From Gemmatimonadota bacterium (GTDB lineage Bacteria; Gemmatimonadota; Gemmatimonadetes; Gemmatimonadales; GWC2-71-9), in assembly GCA_039586365.1 (NCBI GenBank), contig JBDHKN010000071.1, positions 1 through 23,860 on the forward strand: 23,860 nt of DNA. The letters are read 5' to 3'. Position 1 is the stretch's first letter; each line of letters begins with the position of its first letter. The notes below the pieces were generated by a model. That model searched no databases. It was given only the letters and a program-made list of their open reading frames with translations, and had not been told where the DNA came from. Position numbers and translations under genes: made by a program. Positions 8,116 through 15,820 of this stretch are shown in pieces.

Positions 8116-10001
8116 TGACTCACCCTCTCTTGGGTCTGGGCCCTGGTGGCACGGTCATAGCTGTCCGCCATGCCGAAGCGCGCCTTGATTTGTAACTCGG
8201 CAAGTCTCTCGCGGCGCCTGGTGAGTTCATTCACGGCCATGGTTTCAAGCATATGGCCCTGACGTGCCATCAGTTTCCCGACCTTTTCCCGGGCTTCCCG
8301 GATTAGGAACCGCTGGCGGCGAATTACGTCGTCGTAACCTTCGTAGCTTTGGGTGGCGGCCTGACGGGTACGCACGAAGGCCTTGTACTGCCTTTTCAAC
8401 CGATCAATAAAGAGATTAAGGTCGCGAAGATGCTTGTGAGCTTCGGTAAGACGCCGATCATATTCCGTATAAATGTTCCAGAGCAGCACCCCCCGCAAAC
8501 GTTTGATCCGGGCGGCGATCCCGCTGGGGACAGCTATCGCGGCGGAAGTTAGCCTCTGTTCCAGTTGCGCGATTTGTTCACTGATGATCCGCTCCTTGGA
8601 GGTTGCCAGGTAATCGGGCCTGGGCGCCACCAGCATGGCATTCAGGCGTTTTTCGATACGGTCCCGCTGCTCCAGGCGCAGACGCATTTGCGAGTCGAGC
8701 CGCCGGAATTCCCGGTCGATGTTGGGAAGCAGCGGCTGGTAATAAGCCCGGCGTTGTTCAATGATTTCTTTGAAGGCATCCAGATCCCTTTCCCAGCCCT
8801 CCAGCTTCTTGCGCAATTGCTCCAGGTCAAGATAGTTTTTCAGGGACTCCTGGAAATCATGGGAGGCCATCAATTCAAGCAGGTAATAGGTCTCGGGCGT
8901 TTGCGGAAGCTTGCGCAACTTGACGACCCAGTTGGAATCCTGTTTCAGCTCTTCCCGTACCAAAGCCCGAAGAAAATGACCTTGGCGAATGCTCTTGATA
9001 GATGCCTCGAGTTTGTCTATCTCGGTGCCGAACTTCTCAAGCGCGCTGCCATACATCAATGCCGCCTTGCTGTGCACGTTCAGCTTCCCATAGGCATAGG
9101 GAACGGCGAGCATGGCTTCCTGTACTGGTGAGTCTGTGACCTCCCTCGTCACCAGCGCGCTCCAGGGCACCAGAGCCGTCTCGAAGCGTCCCTGGAAGGC
9201 ATCCGCCCATCCCGAGCCCAGCAACGCCCGGTTCGAGAACGGGCCGTTCAAACGCACCCGATCTAGCACCTGCTTGGCGCCTTCAAAATTGCTTTCCTCC
9301 AACAGTTTGGTTCCGAGGACCAGGTTCGATTTATCCTTGATTGCCAGCGTAAGCGAATCGTTGCTGTTGATCTGACCGGTACGGTCTAGACACTGGCGCC
9401 CCTCAAGCTCCTTCCCTTCCCTGAGCAGCGCAATGCCGAGGTTGTAAGTGCTGAAGCCTTCGAGGCTTTTCGCATCCTGGAGGTCTCTCAGAATACGCGC
9501 GGCCTCCGAAAAGCGGCCGTTAGCCATGAATATTTGCGCGCGCAGGAATGCCAGATCATCGCGAATCCTTTGAGGAACGTCTCCCCTGATACGCTCTATG
9601 GCATACAAGGCATTGACCGGCTGGTCTTTTTGGAAGTAGATTCGTGCTAGGCGGAAGATAGCCTCGTTGCGCACCTGCTCCTCCACGTTGCCCTCGATGA
9701 CCGCTGTGATGGCTCGCCCGGCCCGGCGGTGCATCCGATATGCCAATTCAAAATCACCAACGGCAAACTCGGCGTGGTTGATATGGTAATAAAGGGTATC
9801 CAGTTCAGGTTCGTCGAGCCCATGGTGCTGCTCAAGCTCGGTGTCGAGCCTGGCGATCGCATCGAACCAGTCCCCCTGAAAGGCGTAGTACAGGGCCTCT
9901 CCGAAATAGAGATCCCTCAGCTCTTTCGGAGCAAACGTACTGGCCGCCACCGAAGACGCAGCCAATATCAGAATCGTCAATAAAACCAACAGCCTGGCCA
10001 T
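8112..10001 (-). CDS. Exported TPR plus coiled-coil protein (GltC-like)
   Basis: Start moved to the ATG at 10001 (629 aa) because MARLLVLLTILILAASSVAA is a signal peptide and it begins 4 nt after the upstream stop. TPR-like helices (EAIFRLARIYFQK, STYNLGIALL, RALLGSGWA, QEAMLAVPYAYGKL), then a long heptad-rich C-terminal half. Confidence 0.85.
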   Translation of the reverse strand: MARLLVLLTILILAASSVAASTFAPKELRDLYFGEALYYAFQGDWFDAIARLDTELEQHHGLDEPELDTLYYHINHAEFAVGDFELAYRMHRRAGRAITAVIEGNVEEQVRNEAIFRLARIYFQKDQPVNALYAIERIRGDVPQRIRDDLAFLRAQIFMANGRFSEAARILRDLQDAKSLEGFSTYNLGIALLREGKELEGRQCLDRTGQINSNDSLTLAIKDKSNLVLGTKLLEESNFEGAKQVLDRVRLNGPFSNRALLGSGWADAFQGRFETALVPWSALVTREVTDSPVQEAMLAVPYAYGKLNVHSKAALMYGSALEKFGTEIDKLEASIKSIRQGHFLRALVREELKQDSNWVVKLRKLPQTPETYYLLELMASHDFQESLKNYLDLEQLRKKLEGWERDLDAFKEIIEQRRAYYQPLLPNIDREFRRLDSQMRLRLEQRDRIEKRLNAMLVAPRPDYLATSKERIISEQIAQLEQRLTSAAIAVPSGIAARIKRLRGVLLWNIYTEYDRRLTEAHKHLRDLNLFIDRLKRQYKAFVRTRQAATQSYEGYDDVIRRQRFLIREAREKVGKLMARQGHMLETMAVNELTRRRERLAELQIKARFGMADSYDRATRAQTQERVSQ

Positions 10002-10005
10002 AAAA

Positions 10006-10521
10006 CTACCTTTCCTTAAGGGTGATGCTTTGGGCAGCCAGCGATATTTCCACGATCTTGGGGCCCACATCCTTGTTGACGTTGAAGTTCTCCGTTTTCC
10101 GGAAATCGGCGCCTCCCGCAGATTTGCCGATAACAGACACCTGCAGATCATGTTCACCGGTTCGGATATTGCCGGTATAAATACGCTGCACCCCCCCCTT
10201 CTGCAGGGCTTCGAGTTCCTTGAAGGTGTAAATGTGATGAGCAACCGGCTTGCCGCCCAAACTGATTTCGACCGAGTCGAGACGGAAGGTCTCGCCACTG
10301 ACCAGTGATACGAATACCGCGACCTGCGTATTGGACGGATATAGCAGCTTCTCTTCAAGCTGATTCAGCTCCGCCGCAATACCCAGAACATCGCTCTTAA
10401 TTTCCTGCACCTGTTCATCCAGGCCCTTGATCTGTTCCTTGGAGACTTCCTGCCCATATGCGGCGAAGCTCAAAACAAACACCGTAATCCCTATGATGAT
10501 CATCCTCAGCCAGCAGAACAT
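10006..10521 (-). CDS. Exported hypothetical protein (short coiled coil plus beta-rich domain)
   Basis: Start moved to the ATG at 10521 (GAGGAGG at 10527-10533), giving 171 aa. Signal peptide ending SFAAYG|QE, coiled coil LDEQVQEIKSDVLGIAAELNQLEEKLL, then alternating beta-strand pattern. Confidence 0.82.
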   Translation of the reverse strand: MFCWLRMIIIGITVFVLSFAAYGQEVSKEQIKGLDEQVQEIKSDVLGIAAELNQLEEKLLYPSNTQVAVFVSLVSGETFRLDSVEISLGGKPVAHHIYTFKELEALQKGGVQRIYTGNIRTGEHDLQVSVIGKSAGGADFRKTENFNVNKDVGPKIVEISLAAQSITLKER

Positions 10522-10548
10522 GTTTACCTCCTCACATCTCAAGAATTC

Positions 10549-10664
10549 ATGGAATGTTGGAATAATGCCTTTACCGGATTTCAGTCGATCTATGAAAAAT
10601 GTAGTTCGCAACTTTATTAACCCCCTATTCCAGTCTTCCAAAATTCCATATTTCTATTTTTCCA
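10549..10664. promoter_or_regulatory. Candidate regulatory element: TTCCA array with 8-bp period plus a 14-bp inverted repeat, in an AT-rich intergenic gap
   Basis: TTCCA at 10628, 10636, 10644 and 10660, TTCTA at 10652; inverted TGGAA at 10550 and 10558. 10549-10562 and 10636-10649 are inverted repeats matching at 13/14. The pattern is seen directly; the function is inferred. Confidence 0.45.
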
Positions 10665-10692
10665 TCCCAATGGGGGCCAAACCCCCAAGTTT

Positions 10693-13600
10693 CTAGAATT
10701 TCCCGACCATATTGATGAACAGACCCTGATGCCTGTAATCCAGTTGGGTCAGATCATCAGAAAAATCGCTGAAGTTGTAGCCGACACCCACCTTGATGTT
10801 ATTTCCCAGGTGGCGGTATATCCCCACCAACGCCCCGCTGCGACTGTCCTGTGCATCAGGCAGGTCAAGCCAGCGTGCCTCGAACAGCGCATCCCATCTG
10901 TGGATGAATTCCCAGTCTGCCCGCAGCACATACAGGTGGGCACGACTGTCGAAGAACTCCGGATTCGCCCGATCCTGGGCCACCTGGCCATGACGGTAGG
11001 CGTACTTTCCCCCCACGGTCCAGCGCGACGTCAGGTCATACGTGATATCCACCGATCCGATGTGGCTGCGCTGGATATAGTCAGACGCTGTATTGGTGCC
11101 GCTCACCTGATCGGCCGCAGGGAAATTATAGAAATAGGTGTACTTGATCAACGCATTCAGACGGTCGTGATGCACGGGGCGAAACGCGTAGCCCAAGACC
11201 GCTTCCGTATAGTCGCCGTTAAATTGCTCTCCCAGTGAACTCTCACTCACGGCATAATTGAATTTTCCGATGAGTCGCCAATCCGTGGACAGTTGGTACT
11301 TGAAGCTGTTTTTGAACAGCCAAACGGTGAGTTTGGAGAAGCTGGTATCCTGCTCGGTTTCGTCGATGCGATATTCCAGGGCGCTGGCGATCTTTAGCCC
11401 GTCGAACCCATAGCCGGCACTCACGGCCAGCGCTTTTCTCTCGAGTTCGGCGGCGGTATAAGGATCCTTGAGGGTCCCGAAATCGAGATGAGCGCCAAAA
11501 TTGAGGCGATCGAAGGGCGCGAGGTCTACGCCGGCGGAATGCATCAGACCCGTGGGTACGTTGCCGTGGGCATACCGCTCTTCGAGGTAGACACTCGCGC
11601 TGTCAGAATAACGCGTGCGGAAACCGGAAGCCATATTGCCCTTCCTTGCACGAAGGCCATTATCGGTCCGCTCGTTCTCGAGGGTATAGTTGAGGTACAC
11701 AGTGGTCCGGTCGGAATACAAGTACTCGGTCCCGAGCTGGGCTCCCGGCCCGAGATCTCCTTCGGAAACCTCACCGACGACATTGAACCGATCGGTCAAA
11801 CGCAAACTGCCACCGACACCGATCCGGCCGTTGTCTTCACGGTTGCCGGTCGTCTGGATCGTTTCCTGAGCGAAACCATAGGTCGTCCAGCGTGAACGGG
11901 AATCGTACTGCAGCCGGACCACCGCATCCGTACGATCGCCTTCTTCCTGGGTTGCGGGTGGTACGTCCGCCGAGTTGTCTTCACGGCTGTCGTGACGCAC
12001 GCCCGAACTTAAGGTCCATTTCTCATTTATCCGATAATCGAGATCCAACTCACCGGCCTCTGTCTCGAGACCATCTCGCTGAATTTTCTTGTCCGCCTTC
12101 AAACGTGCACCCAGACGGTCGGTAATAGGCAGTTCCGCAGTTCCGCCGTATTTGGTCAGATCTTGAGCGGTGGCTAGGCCCGGTGCGGAATATCCCGCCT
12201 CGAGATCCTGCAGGTAGAAGGTGACCCGGCCGCGCCCGTTTTCAAAGAAGTCCTTGAAGCCGACGGTGGCATCGACGCGATAGCCTAAGGCATCGACTTC
12301 GCTGTTATTAAAGGAATCCGACGTGTCGAAATTGAAACCGCCGTCAATTGAGTTCGTTGTTAGCGAGCCTGGACCTTTGGTACGGCCCGTTTCGAGCCTG
12401 ATCCACGATGTTGAGGACTTCCGGATCGTCAAATCCGCGCCACCCAGGCTGTTTTCGATGTCCTCTTGTTCATCCCGGCTGGCGGTCAAGCCAATCTTGA
12501 CATGGTCATTGAACCAGTAATGAACCCTGCCGCCGGTCGCCAGCGTGTCCGGATCATCGAACCCCGGGGTGAATTCATAGCGAACCACCAGGAAGACGGG
12601 ATTCCCACTGATCGAGTTAATTTGCACTAGCAGACCATCGTTCGCCGTTGGGGACAGGGGCTGCGTCAGCAGGATTCGCCCCTGCAGGTAGTCGATGTCG
12701 TAATCGAGCACGGGCGTCAGGTTTTTTACCCCCAGAACCACTCCGGAATCCTTGTCGCGGACCTCGATGCGCACCCTCTCTGACCCCTCCAGAATATCCC
12801 GCCTGCGCAGGAAATAGGACGACCCGCCCGTCCCCAAAAACTCATCGCGCCCTGCAACGGTGCCCGGGTCCGCGGCAAACCCGTCAAACAGCAAGCGCGG
12901 TTCCCCGAAACTGGTAGTGTCGAGGGGCTGGTAATGCAGATTGGCGCCGTACAACCCACGGTCCACTTGCGCCAGATCAGTATCGGTATACGCGATCTTG
13001 AAGTTGCCCCAGAGCCCGTAGGTTTCTTCTTTTCTCATCTTGACGTAGAACTTGCCAAGGGTAGGCGCATCTTCAACGACGGTGCTGTCATCGCCGAAGG
13101 TTGGATAGTAGTAGTCGGGATCGATTCGCCGGAACAGCGCCTCAGGGGACTTGTCCAAGAAATTGGAGAAGATCTCGTCCAAAGGTCCTTCGCGTGTATC
13201 GGCGCTCGCCGTCAACGACCAGCCATTATCGAATTTGCCGTTCGTATAGAACGCCACTCGACCCTGGACTCCCAAATCGTCTTGGTATTGCTGTTTATCC
13301 GGCGCGAGCAGTTCGGCCGGTCCGTCGGTCTTGTTGCCAGACAGGGTCAGGTCGGCGATACCCACGGTGAACCAGTCGCTCTTTTTCAGCTCCAGGTCGC
13401 GCAGGAACAGGTCGCCGTTACCGAACTTGTCGAGTACGGCTACTTCCACGCTATGCATGCCCTCCGGCAGGATTTCTTCAGCCACGAACCTGCCCTTGTC
13501 GTCCACGGGTACCGCATAGCCAGCCATCCACACCCTGTGCTCTTCGGGAATCGCCGTGCCGTAGGCATGTACCGTACCACCGCGAAGCGGGATATTGCGA

Positions 13601-15813
13601 CTGGCTATGCGGCTTTCTCCATAGCCGACCAGAAGTTCCTTGCCGGGATTCGCTTCGGCAATGGACGGATCGACATGGTCGACCACCCACAGAGGCTGGC
13701 TGCTTGTCTCGTCAAAGAGGCCCTTCTTATCGTAGACCCGCACGACGTATTGCAACTTGTGCACCGGTGCGGAGAAGGACTCGAACTCAGGTTGCCATTG
13801 GGCCATACCGTCAGCATCCATCTCGATGACAGCGATGGGGATATCGCGGACGGACTGCTCCTCCTCGAAAATCCTGACCTCAGCCCGCTCAACAAAGCTG
13901 TGGTAGTTGGTGTACAGGCGGAAATGCACCAGGTTTTCGGCAAATGCAGTATCCTCCAGATCCTTATAACGAATACTTCTCGGCCAGGCAGTCACGTTCA
14001 GCCGCGGTTCTAGCCTCAGGCTATCGTATTTGAACTGGATATTGGCCTTTTCCAGGGCCACGTCTGTGCAGCGCTGCACATCGGAACTGCATTTGCCCGG
14101 GTCATCTATTGGTTTTCCGTCTACGGTGATGCGCATAAGATTCAGTCCGAATGGATCGACCGTATTCACCTCGCGGGTCAGAGGCGTGACCTCCACCCCC
14201 TCGTAGTCATCGCGGACGAGCAGCTCATCGTAGACAACCTGTACCTGGACACGCGACGTATCGGACTCGATAAAACCTGCGTTCACCACATCCTCGGACT
14301 GGACATATCCGCGGCCGTCGAACTCCGCCTGCCCCTCCTTCAAGCCCATCTGCTCACTGACGCCCGCCATGGCCCGGCGTGCGCGCGCTATGGACAAGCC
14401 GATGTCATCCCCGTAAACCGCTGCAGTGCGCCGATCCAGACGTTTGTTTGAGGTAAAGCCCATAAACCGCAGGCGGACATGGGTCTTGTCGCTGATCTCA
14501 TCCATGATGCGGCGTAATCTGTCGGTGTAACCATATGGGATCACAGGTTTTCCGTTTTGAAACAGGATTGGATTGATGTTGCCTGAGGCCGAATTGTAGA
14601 CACGGGTGACGGTTTCGGAGCCGGGGGCGTCCGGGCATAGTTGGGGCTCGTCGGGCAGATCCTGCAGCGGGTCGTCGTGCCAGAATTCCACTACCACGCG
14701 CCGATTCAGGGCCCGGCCGTGTTGCGTATCGTTGGAAGCAGCAGGCCGCGATGCTCCCTTGCCCTCAATTTCAATTGCGGCATTGGGCAAGCCCAAGTCA
14801 TCCTGGACAGCGAGTGCAACGCGCCGGGCAACGGCTTTAGAGAGCCCAACGCTATCGCCGTAAATGCGTTTGTCCCGTCCCTTCAGAGAGAGGTTATCCG
14901 TGTAGGCGATGAACTTGACGACAACGTTTTGTTTGCCGCCAAGATTATTCAGCGCCTGCCTGACCTGCTGTAGAAATTCTTCCGGCACACTCAGCATACC
15001 TTTGTCGTAATGAAGGGGGCGAGTCATGTTCTTAATGCGCGCGCGATGGGAATGGCCCTCCTTGTATCGCAATTTACAGACGGTCTCGGTGCGGCAGACC
15101 TTGATGCGATTTACCTCACGGGGGACGACCACTTCCTTCTCGACCGGCTTTTCCGTAATTTCGTCATACCAGACCTGCACTTCAACGCGCCGGTTGAGCT
15201 GCCGCCCTTCTTCTGTCGCATTACTGGCGACCGGCTGGCTGTATCCAAGCCCCTCGTAAGAGATGGCTTCGGGGGGCAGATTCAGCGCGCGCTGGCAATA
15301 TTCGGCGACGGTGCCAGCCCGTTCTCGCGACAGCCCGACATTGTCGCCGTACCGCTCTATCAGGTCACCCCTGAGCGGCAGGGAATCGGCATGACCGACA
15401 AAGTGGAGTCGCACATTGGTGCGACCGCGCATGCTATCGAGCACATCGCGGAGAAGCTTAAGGTAGTTGTCGGGAATTTCCGCTTCACCCAGGCCGAAGT
15501 GGATGGGCGGAACCAGATTATGGAGCTTGATCGTTTTGACATCCTGTTCGGCGACTTCTTGCATCTCCGTGCGATCTCCCTCATCCTCTTCGAATATGGC
15601 GGGGTCATGGATCCAGGGTGTGAAGGACTGGTCAGTCGGCAGGTGCATCTCGACTGCCTCTCCGGTCGCATCCGTTTCCCTAACCCCTGTTTCCACGAAT
15701 GGAGAAGCCTCTGCGACTGTCGCGCTGATAAGACACAAACAGAAGATGACGATACTGTGCTTCAGTAAGAATCTCATCGATATGGATAGGCTATGGGACA
15801 TAAGCTTCATCAT
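10693..15813 (-). CDS. Large outer-membrane protein: three OmpA-like domains plus a giant C-terminal beta-barrel region
   Basis: Start moved to the ATG at 15813 (AGGTGA upstream, 7 nt after the giant gene's stop; 15810 or a later Met is possible), giving about 1706 aa. Signal peptide ...IVIFCLCLISATVAEA|S. OmpA_C motifs GHADS..NVGLSRERA..GLGYSQPVASNATEEGRQLNRRVEV plus two more copies. About 900 C-terminal residues rich in amphipathic strands, ending GLFINMVGKF (BAM beta-signal-like). Confidence 0.88.
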   Translation of the reverse strand: MMKLMSHSLSISMRFLLKHSIVIFCLCLISATVAEASPFVETGVRETDATGEAVEMHLPTDQSFTPWIHDPAIFEEDEGDRTEMQEVAEQDVKTIKLHNLVPPIHFGLGEAEIPDNYLKLLRDVLDSMRGRTNVRLHFVGHADSLPLRGDLIERYGDNVGLSRERAGTVAEYCQRALNLPPEAISYEGLGYSQPVASNATEEGRQLNRRVEVQVWYDEITEKPVEKEVVVPREVNRIKVCRTETVCKLRYKEGHSHRARIKNMTRPLHYDKGMLSVPEEFLQQVRQALNNLGGKQNVVVKFIAYTDNLSLKGRDKRIYGDSVGLSKAVARRVALAVQDDLGLPNAAIEIEGKGASRPAASNDTQHGRALNRRVVVEFWHDDPLQDLPDEPQLCPDAPGSETVTRVYNSASGNINPILFQNGKPVIPYGYTDRLRRIMDEISDKTHVRLRFMGFTSNKRLDRRTAAVYGDDIGLSIARARRAMAGVSEQMGLKEGQAEFDGRGYVQSEDVVNAGFIESDTSRVQVQVVYDELLVRDDYEGVEVTPLTREVNTVDPFGLNLMRITVDGKPIDDPGKCSSDVQRCTDVALEKANIQFKYDSLRLEPRLNVTAWPRSIRYKDLEDTAFAENLVHFRLYTNYHSFVERAEVRIFEEEQSVRDIPIAVIEMDADGMAQWQPEFESFSAPVHKLQYVVRVYDKKGLFDETSSQPLWVVDHVDPSIAEANPGKELLVGYGESRIASRNIPLRGGTVHAYGTAIPEEHRVWMAGYAVPVDDKGRFVAEEILPEGMHSVEVAVLDKFGNGDLFLRDLELKKSDWFTVGIADLTLSGNKTDGPAELLAPDKQQYQDDLGVQGRVAFYTNGKFDNGWSLTASADTREGPLDEIFSNFLDKSPEALFRRIDPDYYYPTFGDDSTVVEDAPTLGKFYVKMRKEETYGLWGNFKIAYTDTDLAQVDRGLYGANLHYQPLDTTSFGEPRLLFDGFAADPGTVAGRDEFLGTGGSSYFLRRRDILEGSERVRIEVRDKDSGVVLGVKNLTPVLDYDIDYLQGRILLTQPLSPTANDGLLVQINSISGNPVFLVVRYEFTPGFDDPDTLATGGRVHYWFNDHVKIGLTASRDEQEDIENSLGGADLTIRKSSTSWIRLETGRTKGPGSLTTNSIDGGFNFDTSDSFNNSEVDALGYRVDATVGFKDFFENGRGRVTFYLQDLEAGYSAPGLATAQDLTKYGGTAELPITDRLGARLKADKKIQRDGLETEAGELDLDYRINEKWTLSSGVRHDSREDNSADVPPATQEEGDRTDAVVRLQYDSRSRWTTYGFAQETIQTTGNREDNGRIGVGGSLRLTDRFNVVGEVSEGDLGPGAQLGTEYLYSDRTTVYLNYTLENERTDNGLRARKGNMASGFRTRYSDSASVYLEERYAHGNVPTGLMHSAGVDLAPFDRLNFGAHLDFGTLKDPYTAAELERKALAVSAGYGFDGLKIASALEYRIDETEQDTSFSKLTVWLFKNSFKYQLSTDWRLIGKFNYAVSESSLGEQFNGDYTEAVLGYAFRPVHHDRLNALIKYTYFYNFPAADQVSGTNTASDYIQRSHIGSVDITYDLTSRWTVGGKYAYRHGQVAQDRANPEFFDSRAHLYVLRADWEFIHRWDALFEARWLDLPDAQDSRSGALVGIYRHLGNNIKVGVGYNFSDFSDDLTQLDYRHQGLFINMVGKF

Positions 15814-15820
15814 CCTGTTA

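Noticed and set aside
9575..9590. RGD tripeptides (IRGDV in the GltC-like protein; LRGDL in OmpA domain 1)
   Set aside because: Both lie in predicted periplasmic domains and are expected by chance in proteins of this size.
8112..10358. 748-aa version of the GltC-like gene, and likewise the extended starts at 10641, 15891 and 3534
   Set aside because: The 10358 and 15891 extensions overlap upstream genes, those two and the 10641 extension bury signal peptides, and 3534 ignores the RBS shared with the paralog. RBS-supported starts are 10001, 10521, about 15813 and 3504.
10006..10521. Transcriptional regulator reading of the 171-aa gene at the head of the block
   Set aside because: It has a signal peptide and no helix-turn-helix, so it is unlikely to bind DNA.
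10606..10625. Sigma-54 or sigma-70 promoter in the AT-rich gap
   Set aside because: The GG...TTGC spacing is 11 nt rather than the required 10, and TTGCGA has no acceptable -10 box at 16-18 nt.
10671..10687. Hairpin TGGGGG-CCAAA-CCCCCA just after the barrel gene's stop, as an intrinsic terminator
   Set aside because: The stem is only 6 bp and there is no U-tract on the coding (minus) strand. It might be a pause or stability hairpin, but it cannot be called a terminator.
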